From contig NW_027590498.1 in NCBI RefSeq assembly GCF_964213995.1, positions 1 through 64,000 on the forward strand: 64,000 nt of DNA, given 5' to 3'. The notes under the pieces are model-generated. The model saw nothing but the letters and a program-made list of their open reading frames with translations, was not told the DNA's origin and searched no databases. This stretch comes from Mustelus asterias. Taxonomy: Eukaryota. Each line of letters begins with the position of its first letter. The first letter of the stretch is position 1. Both the position numbers and the translations under genes were made by a program. Of this stretch, positions 63,401-64,000 are shown one piece after another.

Positions 63401-64000
63401 CCCGTTAGTTAACCCGGGTAATTATAGGCCGGTGAGCTTGACGTCCGTGGTGGGGAAGTTGTTGGAGAAGATTCTTAGAGATAGGATGTATGCGCATTTA
63501 GAAAGGAATAAACTCATTAACGATAGTCAGCATGGTTTTGAGAGAAGGAGGTCATGCCTCACTAACCTGGTGGAGTTTTTTGAAGAAGTGACCAGAATGG
63601 TTGACGAGGGAAGGGCCGTGGATGCCATCTATATGGACTTTAGTAAAGCATTTGACAAAGTCCCTCATGGTAGGTTGGTGAAAAAGGTTGGATCTCATGG
63701 GATAAAGGGGGAGGTGGTTGGATGGGTGGAGAACTGGCTTGGTCACAGAAGACAGAGGGTGGTAGTGGAAGGGTCTTTTTCCGGCTGGAGGCCTGTGACT
63801 AGTGGTGTTCCGCAGGGCTCTGTATTGGGACCTCTGCTGTTTGTGATTTATATAAACGATCTGGAAGAAGGTGTAACTAGGGTGATCAGTAAGTTTGTGG
63901 ACGACACAAAATTGGCAGGACTTGCAGATAGTGAGGAGCATTGTCAGAGGCTACAGAAGGATATAGATAGGCTGGAAATTTGGGCAAAGAAATGGCAGAT
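60432..64000 (+). mobile_element. CR1 element C: 5' UTR, ORF1, ORF2 to the RT core (runs off the window)
   Basis: Closely similar to element B; ORF2 with APE and RT motifs ([24 protein letters not shown]) and several frameshifts. Confidence 0.92.

Overview
This is vertebrate DNA, almost certainly from a cartilaginous fish (shark). That call rests on the TCR V gene style, finger-only ZNF genes and the CR1/SINE/Penelope repeat content. (1) 0.9-18 kb is the edge of a T-cell receptor alpha/delta-type V array. It has nine V segments in mixed orientation, each followed by a 23-bp-class RSS (22-24 bp spacer). Two have open leader+V frames (5831-6838 +, which the ORF track misses, and 15424-16185 -); seven are pseudogenes. 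(2) 21.7-47.6 kb is a cluster of KRAB-less tandem C2H2 zinc-finger genes: two intact, one CR1-truncated, three pseudogenes or fragments. They have NRF1/YY1/ZNF143-type promoter motifs, and tRNA relics lie in and beyond the cluster. (3) 48-64 kb is a retroelement pile: Rex1, an ERV env+LTR remnant, a CRE-containing minisatellite, a Tx1-type ORF1 and three stacked 5'-intact CR1 elements. The most notable signal not explained by ORFs is two families of Penelope-type repeats carrying minimal type I hammerhead ribozyme motifs. One family shows stem-I covariation between copies; the other includes copies with a compensated U3-A8 core. All calls were made by eye; no searches were run.
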